Origin: Candidatus Cloacimonadota bacterium
GTDB lineage: Bacteria > Cloacimonadota > Cloacimonadia > JGIOTU-2
NCBI GenBank assembly: GCA_030611765.1
Contig: JAUWPE010000002.1
Span: 1-49,055 of the forward strand
DNA: 49,055 bases
Direction of reading: 5' to 3'
The number at the start of each line of letters is the position of its first letter. The first letter of the stretch is position 1. This document shows, piece by piece, positions 36,829 through 46,823 of this stretch. Both the position numbers and the translations under genes were made by a program. Under the pieces are notes generated by a model, which had not been told where the DNA came from, ran no database searches, and saw only the letters and a list, made by a program, of their open reading frames with translations.

Positions 36829-39204
36829 ATGAAACAGTCCCCATATTCAATTTATATCGATAAACGTCCAATAAGGATTGCGTTTTTAATCAATCCAGAA
36901 AAGGATACAATTGTTCAAATTCAGAGAGTTATTGAATACAATTTGTATAAATGGGGTGGTAGATATAATCCGATTATATTTACGGATGGAAAAACCATTA
37001 AAAACAATTGGTGGAAATTGTTAAATGACGTTGATCCTGATATAATTATTTCTTTTATAGAATTAGACGAAAAAATATTAAGAAAAATTGATTTATTTCT
37101 TTCACCAATATCTTTAGAAATTATCATTCCTTTACATCACAACATTCATTCAACATATGATGGATTATCTATTTATCCAACTTTACGGAATATTAATAAA
37201 TTATTTAGTTCAACACTTGCTCTTTTTGATTTTGATGAAAATTTAGATTCGATTATTAAGAAATTTATAAATATTAATTTCGGTTCATATCCGATTAAAC
37301 TTAAAGATATTCTTGATTTAAATGATAAAAACAAAAAGATATTACAAATAAATAATAAAGATGATTTAATTTCTTCTTTAAAAGACCTATGTGAATATAA
37401 AAATTTTACATATCCTATTCAGATATGTTCAATTCCACACAAGTTTAGGGAAGTTGAAAATAGTGGAGTCGAAAGACCATTTACAGTAATTATCGGAGAT
37501 TCACCAGAAGATATTGTATATAATTGGAATATTATTCATTCCTACTCAAACTGGCAAAAAAAATATTTTAATAATATCTGGCTTCCAATTGATTTAGCAA
37601 ACGATATAGAGTTTGGAGAATCGTTAAAAAAGTGGTTAAAAAAAATCTGTAGCAATAGTGATAGATTTAATCATCGGATAAAATTCATTAGTTTTAGTCT
37701 TTCAAAAAAAGAACTGAAAGTTATATCAGATAGGCTTACAAAAAATACACTGTCTAATATCACAGAAACTTTTAATGAAATTAAAACTCCAGAATTTCAA
37801 CAAAATAGCAATTTTGTTGAAATTTCAAATGAAATGGATTCTTATCACATAACAGGCGATCAAAATCGAATAAATTTAAATCCGCCAGATGTTGAAAAAA
37901 GATTGATTTCAAATGAATTGTGGGTTGCTGACATATATATGCATTTTCGTCCTGAACGTTTTCCTAATATTCAAGGAGGAACTTTATGGTGGAAGCTACC
38001 GAAACATAATAGATTAGCATATGATTTATTTAGTTCTACATCAAGAATATGTTCAAATGGATTTCCTGCAGTTTTTCTATCAAGAGAAAATCCAAAATTG
38101 AGTATTAATTTATTATCGGATTCAGAAATATTTAGGATACTATTAACAAAAGAAAACAGAGCAATTCTAAAATCTGATCCAAGAAATTGTTTGGAGCAAA
38201 ATGTTTTTGCTTTTGCTAACCCATCAGATAAGGGAAAATATATGTCTGGTTTTGTAAATCTTTTTATAGATATATTTAATGCAAAACAGTTTTTAGAGAA
38301 AAAATATTGGCGTCATATGTTCGATATTTTATCGAATGCAAATCCCAAAAAGGATAATAGAAAAAGAGAAACAATATATAAAACTTTGGATAAAAAAAAT
38401 GAGAATTTTCTAAAGAGTGAGAAAGGCTTAACTTGGTTAATAGATTGCGTGCTAAAATTATCTAGAGACATTGTTAATTTGAATAAAGAAGTAGATTTTT
38501 TTATTTTTAAGGAAGAAGCTAAAAAAGAATATGAAAATTTCAATTCAATTAACGAGAATAAGCGACTTGGTTATTTTAATAAATATTTTATTGAACGTAT
38601 GTCAGAGACTTTGAATGAGTTAATTGAAAAAAAAATAATTCAAATTGGAATACGACCTCAATGTCCTATTTGTGGTTTGAGCCGATGGTTTCATATTGAT
38701 GAAATTCATCAGAATATTGTATGCAAAGGTTGTCGTAATGAGTTTGATGTCAGGGCAGAAGAGAAATGGTTTTATAGATTAAATAGTCTAATTCGACAGG
38801 GGCATTCTCAACACGGTTTAACACCAGTTATTTTAGTGTTAGGTCAGTTGCTTGAAGAAAGTAAAACCTCATTTATATATGATACAACTTTAAATATTTT
38901 TAAAAAAGGTGTTGCTGAAGAATTTACCGACTTGGATATTGTGTGTATTCAGGATGGTAAATTTATTATTGGTGAGATTAAACAAAAAAATACAGGTTTT
39001 GAAAAAAAAGATTTTAAAACTTTAAAGGAAGTAGCAGAAAGAATAAAACCTGATGTGATAATTTTTTCCTCATTAGAAAAAAAATGTAATGAAGGAATTA
39101 TACAGGAAATTAAAAATTTACAAAAAGATTTAAAATCACTTAAAATTGAAGTTAAATGGTATCCATTAAGAGATAATGTATTTGAATCAACACCATTTCT
39201 ATAA
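36829..39204 (+). CDS. Large (791 aa) uncharacterised protein with Zn-ribbon and C-terminal PD-(D/E)xK-like nuclease motif
   Basis: Long uninterrupted ORF 14 nt after the NTPase gene. CPICG-x16-CKGC (38662-38733). TDLDIVCIQDGKFIIGEIKQK (38929-38982) fits the D...ExK core. I recognise no family for the N-terminal 600 aa. Confidence 0.6.
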   Translation: MKQSPYSIYIDKRPIRIAFLINPEKDTIVQIQRVIEYNLYKWGGRYNPIIFTDGKTIKNNWWKLLNDVDPDIIISFIELDEKILRKIDLFLSPISLEIIIPLHHNIHSTYDGLSIYPTLRNINKLFSSTLALFDFDENLDSIIKKFININFGSYPIKLKDILDLNDKNKKILQINNKDDLISSLKDLCEYKNFTYPIQICSIPHKFREVENSGVERPFTVIIGDSPEDIVYNWNIIHSYSNWQKKYFNNIWLPIDLANDIEFGESLKKWLKKICSNSDRFNHRIKFISFSLSKKELKVISDRLTKNTLSNITETFNEIKTPEFQQNSNFVEISNEMDSYHITGDQNRINLNPPDVEKRLISNELWVADIYMHFRPERFPNIQGGTLWWKLPKHNRLAYDLFSSTSRICSNGFPAVFLSRENPKLSINLLSDSEIFRILLTKENRAILKSDPRNCLEQNVFAFANPSDKGKYMSGFVNLFIDIFNAKQFLEKKYWRHMFDILSNANPKKDNRKRETIYKTLDKKNENFLKSEKGLTWLIDCVLKLSRDIVNLNKEVDFFIFKEEAKKEYENFNSINENKRLGYFNKYFIERMSETLNELIEKKIIQIGIRPQCPICGLSRWFHIDEIHQNIVCKGCRNEFDVRAEEKWFYRLNSLIRQGHSQHGLTPVILVLGQLLEESKTSFIYDTTLNIFKKGVAEEFTDLDIVCIQDGKFIIGEIKQKNTGFEKKDFKTLKEVAERIKPDVIIFSSLEKKCNEGIIQEIKNLQKDLKSLKIEVKWYPLRDNVFESTPFL

Positions 39205-39220
39205 AAGATGAAGAGGTTAA

Positions 39221-39632
39221 ATGAACACATTAAAATTAATCGATAGTCTGGAATGGCTCCGCTCGGACATCATCGGACGCAATAAATTATTCCAAACGCC
39301 TTACGGTGAAAAATCGCTTGTTTATGCAGATTATACAGCCAGTGGAAGATGTTTATATTCGATAGAGAATTATATGCTTCATCTGATGCAGTATTACGCA
39401 AATACTCACACAGAAGATGATTTTACCGGAAAAACAATGACAGAAATTCTTCATAAAGCAGAAAAAAATAATTAAGAAAATCGTGAATGCTGGAGAAACT
39501 GGAAAAGTTATTTTTACCGAATCGGGAACAACCGGCGGAATTACCAGATTACAGCAGATTCTTAGTGTGTATTGGCCTCCTGCCATGAAAAAGCGCATCA
39601 ATGAATTTATAGCAGACCCCGAATGCTTTTAG
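39221..39632 (+). pseudogene. Frameshifted, truncated class-V aminotransferase (cysteine-desulfurase-like) gene remnant
   Basis: LVYADYTASGR...YANTHTE (39221-39475) continues in another frame after an A7 run at about 39463 as IVNAGETGKVIFTESGTTGGI, then stops at 39632. Only about the first quarter of a normal gene is present. Confidence 0.6.
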
Positions 39633-39681
39633 GATAAATATAAAACTAAACCCACTTTCCGACCGAAGCCGTATACCTCTT

Positions 39682-39784
39682 CCGTCTTCATTTCATTATG
39701 GCCAGACGAGCAAGAGAAAATTTTCTCTGTGCTCTCTGCTTGCCAAGGCGTAGTGCAACGAAGCCTGAAGCGCAGCGAAGACGG
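39682..39784. repeat. Dispersed intergenic repeat, copy C, with 8-bp terminal inverted repeats CCGTCTTC/GAAGACGG
   Basis: The reverse complement of the right half aligns with copy A: ccgtcttcgctgcgcttcaggcttcgttgcactacgcc...aagcagagagcacagagaaaa. Confidence 0.65.
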
Positions 39785-39814
39785 ATGCTTTTATTTATTT
39801 TTGTGGTTAAGAGA

Positions 39815-42019
39815 TTACATGATTCCGAGGAATTGCTGAATTGCAGGTGAGAATGCAACAATCAAACCTGCAAATACAATACTTACCATACTCATCAATT
39901 TAATAAGAATATTAATAGAAGGACCTGCAGTATCTTTGAAAGGATCTCCGACAGTATCACCAACTACACATGCCTTATGAATTTCTGAGCCCTTACCACC
40001 GTAGTGTCCGATCTCGACATATTTTTTTGCATTATCCCAAGCACCACCTGAGTTGTTCATCATAACTGCAAGAGTAAAACCGGTTGTCAGTCCACCAACG
40101 AGGAGTCCCATCACGCCGGCAACACCAAGAATTAGACCCACAACAATAGGAGTAATAATGCCGAGAAGCGCTGGGGAGACCATTTCTTTCTGAGCTCCTT
40201 TAGTTGAGATGTGCACGCATTTTGCATATTCCGGTTCGGCTGTACCTTCCAGAATACCGGGAATTTCTTTAAACTGACGGCGAACTTCAGCAACCATATC
40301 ACCCGCCGCACGACCAACTGCTTTGAGCGTCATCGCCGCAAAGACAAAGGTAACCATTGCGCCAATAAAGATGCCGACAAGCGTTTTGGGATTCATAAGT
40401 GTAATATTATAATGTTCAACAAAATTGGCAATAGAGGCAGTACTCAGATCAACACCTGCGATCATTGTTTCTCCTGCGAGTTTCAAGCCGGTTCGAACTT
40501 CTTCAAGGTAAGCTGCCAGAAGCGCCATTACAGTAAGCGCAGCAGAACCGATTGCAAACCCTTTTCCTGTTGCAGCCGTTGTATTTCCAACAGAGTCGAG
40601 CGCATCGGTACGTTCACGAACTTCTTTGGGAAGTTTGGACATCTCAGCATTCCCACCGGCATTGTCTGCAATAGGACCAAAGGCATCCATCGCAAGAGTG
40701 ACACCGAGTGTAGAAAGCATACCTACTGCACCAAAACCAATACCATACAATCCAACTTCCGGAATAAGGAAACCTTTACTCACCGCAAAGGCAGAAAGAA
40801 TAGCGATGGCAATAATGATAACGGGAGCACCTGTAGATCTCATTCCAACTGCAAGCCCGTCTATTATAACCGTTGCAGGTCCGTATTCCGCTTGTTTTGC
40901 TATTCCCTTTGTTGATTTAAAACTGTAAGAAGTAGCACGTTCTGTGAACACACCAATCAAAATACCCGCAAGCAATCCTATGACCAATGCAAAAAAGACG
41001 CCTAATGAATATTCCGGCGGAAGCATCCAACGAGTGACGAAGAACGCAACAATTGCAATGAGAATTGAACTGCCATACACACCTTTATTCAGTGCGAACA
41101 TGAGATCTTTTGTGGTGGCATCCTCTTTTGTAGAAACCATAAAAATACCAATAATTGAGAGAAATGCACCGATACCGGCAAGGATCATTGGGGCTGTAAC
41201 AAATCGGATCGCAAGGTCCTGCAAAGCTGGTGCTCTTGCTGCTATTTGTGTGAACGCAGCCATACCGAGTGCGGCAGTTGCGAGGATCGAGCAGGTATAG
41301 GATTCGTAAAGATCAGCGCCCATGCCTGCTACATCACCCACATTATCACCCACGTTATCTGCGATAGTTGCAGGATTTCGCGGGTCGTCTTCAGGAATGC
41401 CGGCTTCTAATTTACCAACGAGGTCAGCTCCCACATCGGCAGCTTTGGTATAAATACCGCCACCAAGACGTGCAAAAAGCGCCTGCGTTGAAGCACCCAT
41501 TCCAAAACTAAGCATTATCACAGTTATTGTATGAAGGTCCATTTTGAACGCATTCAGTACAAAGAACCAGGCAGAAATATAAATAAGAGCAAGTCCCACA
41601 ACTACGAGTCCCATCACACCACCGGCACGAAATGCAATGGTCAGCCCTTTATTAAGACTCTGCCGGGCGCCCTGAGCGGTTCGGTTAGAAGCGAGTGTAG
41701 CTGTGTTCATACCGATCCAGCCAGCCAGTCCGCTGAAAAATCCACCGGTTAAAAATGCCCATGGAATAAGCGGATGAAGGACTTTCAGCACCCAAGCCAT
41801 GATGTTAAAAACTATAAAGGCAATAATGAAAAATATTCCCACTCCTTTATACTGCTGTTTAAGATAAGCGAATGCTCCTTCACGCACATACTTAGCGATT
41901 TTCTGCATCTTCTCATTGCCGGGATCTTCCTTCTTTACGCTTCTATAAAGAATAAAAGCAAAAATCAGTGCGGTAACAGCACCGGCAGGTGCAACGATCC
42001 ATAACAAAGGGATGTTCAT
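39815..42019 (-). CDS. hppA: Membrane-integral pyrophosphatase (K+-dependent type)
   Basis: 734 aa, about 16 TM, with [18 protein letters not shown] and DNVGDNVGD. The GNTTAA (Ala, not Lys) signature marks K+-dependent H+/Na+-PPases. Confidence 0.95.
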   Translation of the reverse strand: MNIPLLWIVAPAGAVTALIFAFILYRSVKKEDPGNEKMQKIAKYVREGAFAYLKQQYKGVGIFFIIAFIVFNIMAWVLKVLHPLIPWAFLTGGFFSGLAGWIGMNTATLASNRTAQGARQSLNKGLTIAFRAGGVMGLVVVGLALIYISAWFFVLNAFKMDLHTITVIMLSFGMGASTQALFARLGGGIYTKAADVGADLVGKLEAGIPEDDPRNPATIADNVGDNVGDVAGMGADLYESYTCSILATAALGMAAFTQIAARAPALQDLAIRFVTAPMILAGIGAFLSIIGIFMVSTKEDATTKDLMFALNKGVYGSSILIAIVAFFVTRWMLPPEYSLGVFFALVIGLLAGILIGVFTERATSYSFKSTKGIAKQAEYGPATVIIDGLAVGMRSTGAPVIIIAIAILSAFAVSKGFLIPEVGLYGIGFGAVGMLSTLGVTLAMDAFGPIADNAGGNAEMSKLPKEVRERTDALDSVGNTTAATGKGFAIGSAALTVMALLAAYLEEVRTGLKLAGETMIAGVDLSTASIANFVEHYNITLMNPKTLVGIFIGAMVTFVFAAMTLKAVGRAAGDMVAEVRRQFKEIPGILEGTAEPEYAKCVHISTKGAQKEMVSPALLGIITPIVVGLILGVAGVMGLLVGGLTTGFTLAVMMNNSGGAWDNAKKYVEIGHYGGKGSEIHKACVVGDTVGDPFKDTAGPSINILIKLMSMVSIVFAGLIVAFSPAIQQFLGIM

Positions 42020-42128
42020 GAAGAATCCTCCTGAAATTAATGTTGATTTTGGGTCAGATTTTTAAGCCCTTTTCGGTTTGTCAAGGATTGGGAGGTTGAT
42101 AAATTATTTGAAGAATTAAAAGCAAGTT

Positions 42129-42301
42129 TGTAACGCAAGACTCCGATCTTGCGTAAATCCTCAACATCGGAATGTTGAGTTACGTAAAACAAGACTCCGA
42201 TCTTGTTCGAACAGTGTGCTCAACATCAGTCTTTGTTTCACTTCAGTCTTCGCTACGCTACGCCCAGACAGGACGCTTCGACAGGTCGGAATGTTGAGTT
42301 A
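42129..42301 (+). repeat. Two tandem hairpin-repeat units; the second carries a nested 60-nt copy of the dispersed repeat
   Basis: Unit 1 (42129-42182) and unit 2 (42183-42301) share caagactccgatcttg and ctcaacat...cggaatgttgagttac. In unit 2 the hairpin loop is split by 42226-42285. Confidence 0.7.
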
Positions 42302-42585
42302 CAATGTAAAACAATAAATATCAATTTGAAAAATTAACAGGAATAGATACCTACGAAGAAATTTTCATGCTCATTTGGTTGAGATTTCTGGAGTAAAATC
42401 CAGGTTGGTTTTGTGCCATACAAAAAAATGAAAACTGAAAATGCAGTTGATTTTTAAATTTAGAAATCTTTCTCAGAAAAACTTGACACGTTGACAAACA
42501 CCAAATGTTTTACCGACCAAATAATTTACTTCAAAAAAACATATTATATGATTAGACCTAAATGCTTGAATGAGAAAGGACAGAA

Positions 42586-43608
42586 ATGGTCGTTTCAAAA
42601 TCCGATATAATTAAATTTTTCGATACTATACAATCAGAATATGATATTTTTGTTCCCTACAAAACCGAGCGGGAAATTGATGGACTGGTATTTAAGAAAT
42701 ATGATCCTGAAAAAGAATTTGTACTTGATAAATATCGAACTGTCGATCCCGTAAGAACTCTGTTTTACATGCCCTCCGAGAGCGTGCTTCCGCCATCTGC
42801 AAAATCAAACAAGAGAATCATTGCTGGTGTGAAAAACTGCGATCTGCTTGGGCTTGCAGTTCTGGATGATGCACTTCTCAAGGATAACTTCATTGAACCC
42901 AATTATAAGATATGGAGGGATAGTTCATACATTATTAGCTGTGACTGTACAGATGCCCTGCCGACTTGTCATTGTGTTCTGCTTGATAATAATCCTTATC
43001 CAAATGCTAGTAAAGAAGGTGAATCTTTATTTGATATTAACCTTTCCCCGATTAAAGAAAAATTTGTTATTACAGTTGGCAGTAAGAAGGGCGAAGAACT
43101 TCTTGAGAAGATCAAGGAAGTATGCTTGCTGACAGAAGCTACAGATAATGATAAAGAAATTTGCGAAGCAAATCATGCTGAAGTTCTCAAAAAAGTTAGG
43201 GATATAAATTCTGATTTCACGCCCGACAGAAATTACGATGTCATTACAGAAAATAAGGAAGCTTCTGTATGGAAAGAGTTCTGCAATGAATGCGTTCAGT
43301 GCGGCGCATGTACAAATATTTGCCCGACCTGCTACTGTCTTATTCTTAATGATGAAAGCACTGAAGAAGAATTCCGCAAGGTTCGTTCGTGGGATTCCTG
43401 CCAGCTTGTGGGATATGCTGAAGTCGCTGGCGGTGCTACACCACGTGAACACCGATGGGAAACCTTCAGAAACCGCTATCAATGCAAACACAATTTCATG
43501 AAATTTAATTTCGATAAATTAGGATGCACGGGCTGTGGACGTTGTATTTCCGCATGTCCTGCTGAAATTGATTTACGAGAAGTTATTCAAAGTTTACAGG
43601 AGGTTTAG
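42586..43608 (+). CDS. AsrA / sulfhydrogenase-beta-like 4Fe-4S cluster protein
   Basis: CVQCGACTNICPTCYC and CTGCGRCISACPAEID cluster motifs. The N-terminal region resembles the anaerobic sulfite reductase subunit A / HydB family. Confidence 0.65.
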   Translation: MVVSKSDIIKFFDTIQSEYDIFVPYKTEREIDGLVFKKYDPEKEFVLDKYRTVDPVRTLFYMPSESVLPPSAKSNKRIIAGVKNCDLLGLAVLDDALLKDNFIEPNYKIWRDSSYIISCDCTDALPTCHCVLLDNNPYPNASKEGESLFDINLSPIKEKFVITVGSKKGEELLEKIKEVCLLTEATDNDKEICEANHAEVLKKVRDINSDFTPDRNYDVITENKEASVWKEFCNECVQCGACTNICPTCYCLILNDESTEEEFRKVRSWDSCQLVGYAEVAGGATPREHRWETFRNRYQCKHNFMKFNFDKLGCTGCGRCISACPAEIDLREVIQSLQEV

Positions 43609-43609
43609 G

Positions 43610-44437
43610 TTGCCAGACAAAAACCCCTACGAAGTATTAAAAGCTGATGTCCTTGAAGTCATCGAAGAATCTCCAACGATCAAGTCTTTCTATCTCAAGC
43701 CGGAGAGACCTTTTGAATTTGTTACTGGGCAGTTCATTGAACTCTCATTACCCGGAATTGGCGAAGCGCCATTTACTCCTTCATCATCACATTATGAAAC
43801 AGAAAAAATTTGGGTGACTATCATGAATGCCGGATTTGTGACCAATGAAATTCACAAAGCCAAAAAAGGCGATGTGATGGGCATTCGCGGACCTTATGGA
43901 AAGGGCTATCCTCTTGATAAGTTCAAAGGAAAAGATGTTCTGCTTCTTGGTGGTGGTGTAGGACTTGCTCCTCTTAGATGCCTTCTTCAAACCATGATCC
44001 ATGATGTCAAAGATTACAAAAGCATTACTGTGTGCTTTGGTGCGAGAACACCTGATGATATGATCTACAAGGATCAGATCGATGGCTGGAAGAGTGTTGA
44101 TGGGGTTCATCATCTCTGCACTGTCGATAAATGCTCGGATGCAGACAAGTGGAACGGGAAAACCGGCGTGGTAACAGTTCTGTTGGATGACATCACAATC
44201 GAGCCCAAAGATGCGATCTCAGTTGTATGCGGACCTCCTATCATGATGAAGTTTGGAACCTTCTCTTTGCTCGACAAAGGTTTTCTACCGGAGAATATTT
44301 ATCTGTCTATGGAGAAAAAGATGTACTGCGGATTCGGACAGTGCCGCCATTGCGTGATTGGTAAATACTATGCTTGTAAAGATGGTCCCGTATTCACCTA
44401 TGAACAGATCAAAGACGAAGAAAAAATCTGGGATTAA
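43610..44437 (+). CDS. AsrB / sulfhydrogenase-gamma / PyrK-like FAD-NAD(P)-binding 2Fe-2S oxidoreductase
   Basis: FNR-like fold (GQFIELSLPG, LLLGGGVGLAPL) and a C-terminal CGFGQCRHCV 2Fe-2S motif. TTG start at 43610 is preceded by ACAGGAGG and lies 1 nt after the upstream stop. Confidence 0.7.
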   Translation: MPDKNPYEVLKADVLEVIEESPTIKSFYLKPERPFEFVTGQFIELSLPGIGEAPFTPSSSHYETEKIWVTIMNAGFVTNEIHKAKKGDVMGIRGPYGKGYPLDKFKGKDVLLLGGGVGLAPLRCLLQTMIHDVKDYKSITVCFGARTPDDMIYKDQIDGWKSVDGVHHLCTVDKCSDADKWNGKTGVVTVLLDDITIEPKDAISVVCGPPIMMKFGTFSLLDKGFLPENIYLSMEKKMYCGFGQCRHCVIGKYYACKDGPVFTYEQIKDEEKIWD

Positions 44438-44465
44438 GTTTATATATTAAAGGAAAGACAGTATC

Positions 44466-44972
44466 ATGAAAAGATTATTTGTAGATATACCAAGACTTGT
44501 CAAAGAAGAAAGTCTCGAATGCATTGATTGTGAATATCTGTATCATGAAGGAGCTAATCGCGGTGTATTTTCTATTTTAGAGATCGCAGAATTCGGCGCT
44601 TATTGCCGCCAGTGTAAGGAATCCTTCTGCATTGAAGCATGCCCAACGGATGCACTTGAGCATGGTGAAAATAATACGATAATACGTCATAATATGCGCT
44701 GTGTGGGTTGCAAAAGCTGTATCCTTGCCTGTCCCTTTGGTACGATCTTTCCGGAGGTTATCAATTATATATCGCAGAAATGTGATTTCTGTTTAAATCA
44801 ATTGGAAAATGATCCGAACTATATTCCGCTCTGTGTAAAAACTGCACCAAATGAAACACTCAGAATGGTCGATATTGATGAAGATGATCCTGAAAATAAT
44901 ATCTATCTTGTGGGCAGCAGAATGGCAGTGAAAACACACCATTGGCGCAATAAAGTCGGGAAAAATAAATAG
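44466..44972 (+). CDS. HycB-like 4Fe-4S ferredoxin-type electron-transfer subunit
   Basis: CRQCKESFCIEACP, CVGCKSCILACP and CDFC motifs. Confidence 0.75.
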   Translation: MKRLFVDIPRLVKEESLECIDCEYLYHEGANRGVFSILEIAEFGAYCRQCKESFCIEACPTDALEHGENNTIIRHNMRCVGCKSCILACPFGTIFPEVINYISQKCDFCLNQLENDPNYIPLCVKTAPNETLRMVDIDEDDPENNIYLVGSRMAVKTHHWRNKVGKNK

Positions 44973-45000
44973 TGTAGGATGATGAGGTTCAGGAGATAAA

Positions 45001-45930
45001 ATGCTAAAATATTTGTTCTATTTGCTCGTGTTCCCGGGTTTTCTATTTGCATCTGTATTCGGTCTTATCGTGGGGTGGATAGAGAGAAAGGTCAGCGCGC
45101 GAGTTCAATTCCGTGTTGGTCCTCCATTCTTTCAGAATTTTTATGATGTATTCAAATTGTGGGGAAAAGAGATCATTCTCATAAAGAACTCTCCATATTT
45201 TATATTTATTATCGCACCCATCATTGCTTTTGCTTCTGTGATAATGACCACTACGATCGTGGGCATGTCTTTCTTCTATCATGTCGGCATCGGCGGAGAT
45301 CTGATTTTCATAATATATCTTATGTTTATCTATTCGGTATGTTTGATACTTGGTTCATCGTCCACAGGAAATGTATATTCCAGTATTGGTGCAGGACGAG
45401 AAATGAAAATGCTCATTTCCGACGAACTCGCTTTCGTGATGGTTATCCTTGTTCCCATCATTCAGGCAGGATATAAGATCGATCTCACACAAATTTTAGC
45501 ATATCAAAACGCCAATGGTATGATCATTGGTACTGCCTCAGGCATTATTGCGTTTATAGTTGGCATTATCTGTCTTCAGGCAAAGATGGGTATGGTTCCT
45601 TTTGATATTGCGGAAGCAGAAACAGAAATTGTTGGAGGTCCGCTAATGGAGTATTCGGGTCCGCTGCTTGCTTTCTGGAAACTTGCACATTATATGATGT
45701 ATGTATTCCTGCCTATGCTTCTTGTTATTCTTTTCTGTGGTGGAATGAGCTTTGCTTCTTTTGGATCGATCATAGCCGGCATCGGGAAATATCTGCTTAT
45801 AGTAGTTATTATGATCCTTATAAGAAATACAAACCCACGTGTACGTATTGATACTGCAATTAACTTCTTCTGGAAATGGGCAAGCCCTCTTGCTCTTATC
45901 GCCGTAATTCTGGCAATCATAGGAGTGTAA
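45001..45930 (+). CDS. Group-4 hydrogenase membrane subunit (NuoH/HycD/EchB-like)
   Basis: GWIERKVSARVQFRVGPP signature. 8-TM pattern. Confidence 0.85.
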   Translation: MLKYLFYLLVFPGFLFASVFGLIVGWIERKVSARVQFRVGPPFFQNFYDVFKLWGKEIILIKNSPYFIFIIAPIIAFASVIMTTTIVGMSFFYHVGIGGDLIFIIYLMFIYSVCLILGSSSTGNVYSSIGAGREMKMLISDELAFVMVILVPIIQAGYKIDLTQILAYQNANGMIIGTASGIIAFIVGIICLQAKMGMVPFDIAEAETEIVGGPLMEYSGPLLAFWKLAHYMMYVFLPMLLVILFCGGMSFASFGSIIAGIGKYLLIVVIMILIRNTNPRVRIDTAINFFWKWASPLALIAVILAIIGV

Positions 45931-45933
45931 ATT

Positions 45934-46353
45934 ATGGCATTCTATAATAAAATTATAAAAAAATCAATTTGGGTTTTCCATGTAAGTGCGAGCCCTTGTA
46001 ACAACTGTGATATTGAAATCCTCGATCTCATCACACCCGGATATGATATTGAACGGTTCGGCATCAAACTGGTCGGCTCTGTCCGCCACGCAGATGTTCT
46101 TCTTGTAACTGGAATAGTATCCTATAAAGTTGCTCCACGTATCAAACAATTATATGAGCAGGCAGCAAAACCAATCTTTGTAATCGGTATTGGAACCTGT
46201 ACAGCAGGCGGCGCAACATTCAAGACAAGCTATAATAAAGCAGGAGTTCCACTTGAAAAGGTTATCCCTGTGAATGCCTATGTGACGGGCTGTCCCCCGA
46301 AACCCGAAGCTATGATAGATGGTGTATTAAAATTATTAGGAACATTAAAATGA
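45934..46353 (+). CDS. Group-4 [NiFe]-hydrogenase small subunit (NuoB/EchC/MbhJ-like)
   Basis: The Cys ligands CNNC, GTCTAGG and GCPPKPE indicate a single proximal 4Fe-4S cluster. Confidence 0.9.
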   Translation: MAFYNKIIKKSIWVFHVSASPCNNCDIEILDLITPGYDIERFGIKLVGSVRHADVLLVTGIVSYKVAPRIKQLYEQAAKPIFVIGIGTCTAGGATFKTSYNKAGVPLEKVIPVNAYVTGCPPKPEAMIDGVLKLLGTLK

Positions 46354-46799
46354 GCGATAAAGGTACTGAATTTTTTGAGAAATTTCAAGATAAAATAACG
46401 AAAGTTATTAAGAAGCCGAAAAGAATTTACTTCAATGTAAAAAACGAAGACATTTGGGAGATATCTGACTATCTCTCTAACACAATGGGCTGCCGTCTTT
46501 CTGTCTGTACTGCTACAGAGGTATATGACGGGCTCGAGGTTCTTTACCATTTTTCTGATGACACAACCGGAATTTATTATAGTCCGCGTGTCAAAACCGG
46601 TCTGAAAAATCCTGAAATAAATTCTATTACACCACTGATCGAAGGTGCGAATTGGATCGAAAGAGAAATGTATGATCTTTTTGGTATTAAATTCAAAGGA
46701 CATCCCGATCTGAAAAAATTGTTGACAATAAACAATCCGCATTTTAGTGAGGATGACCATCCTATGCGTTTTAATCGTAACAGAACGAAAGAGAAGTAA
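46350..46799 (+). CDS. NuoC/EchD/MbhK-like hydrogenase subunit
   Basis: ANWIEREMYDLFGIKFKGHPDL is the NuoC-family core. Confidence 0.8.
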   Translation: MSDKGTEFFEKFQDKITKVIKKPKRIYFNVKNEDIWEISDYLSNTMGCRLSVCTATEVYDGLEVLYHFSDDTTGIYYSPRVKTGLKNPEINSITPLIEGANWIEREMYDLFGIKFKGHPDLKKLLTINNPHFSEDDHPMRFNRNRTKEK

Positions 46800-46823
46800 C
46801 AGGTTTATGCAGAGGAGTATGTA

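Noticed and set aside
40132-42004. Several plus-strand ORFs (for example 40211-40915, 234 aa) inside hppA
   Set aside because: They are antisense to a very well-supported pyrophosphatase gene. Their composition is Cys/Arg/Asn-rich and low-complexity, as is typical of shadow frames.
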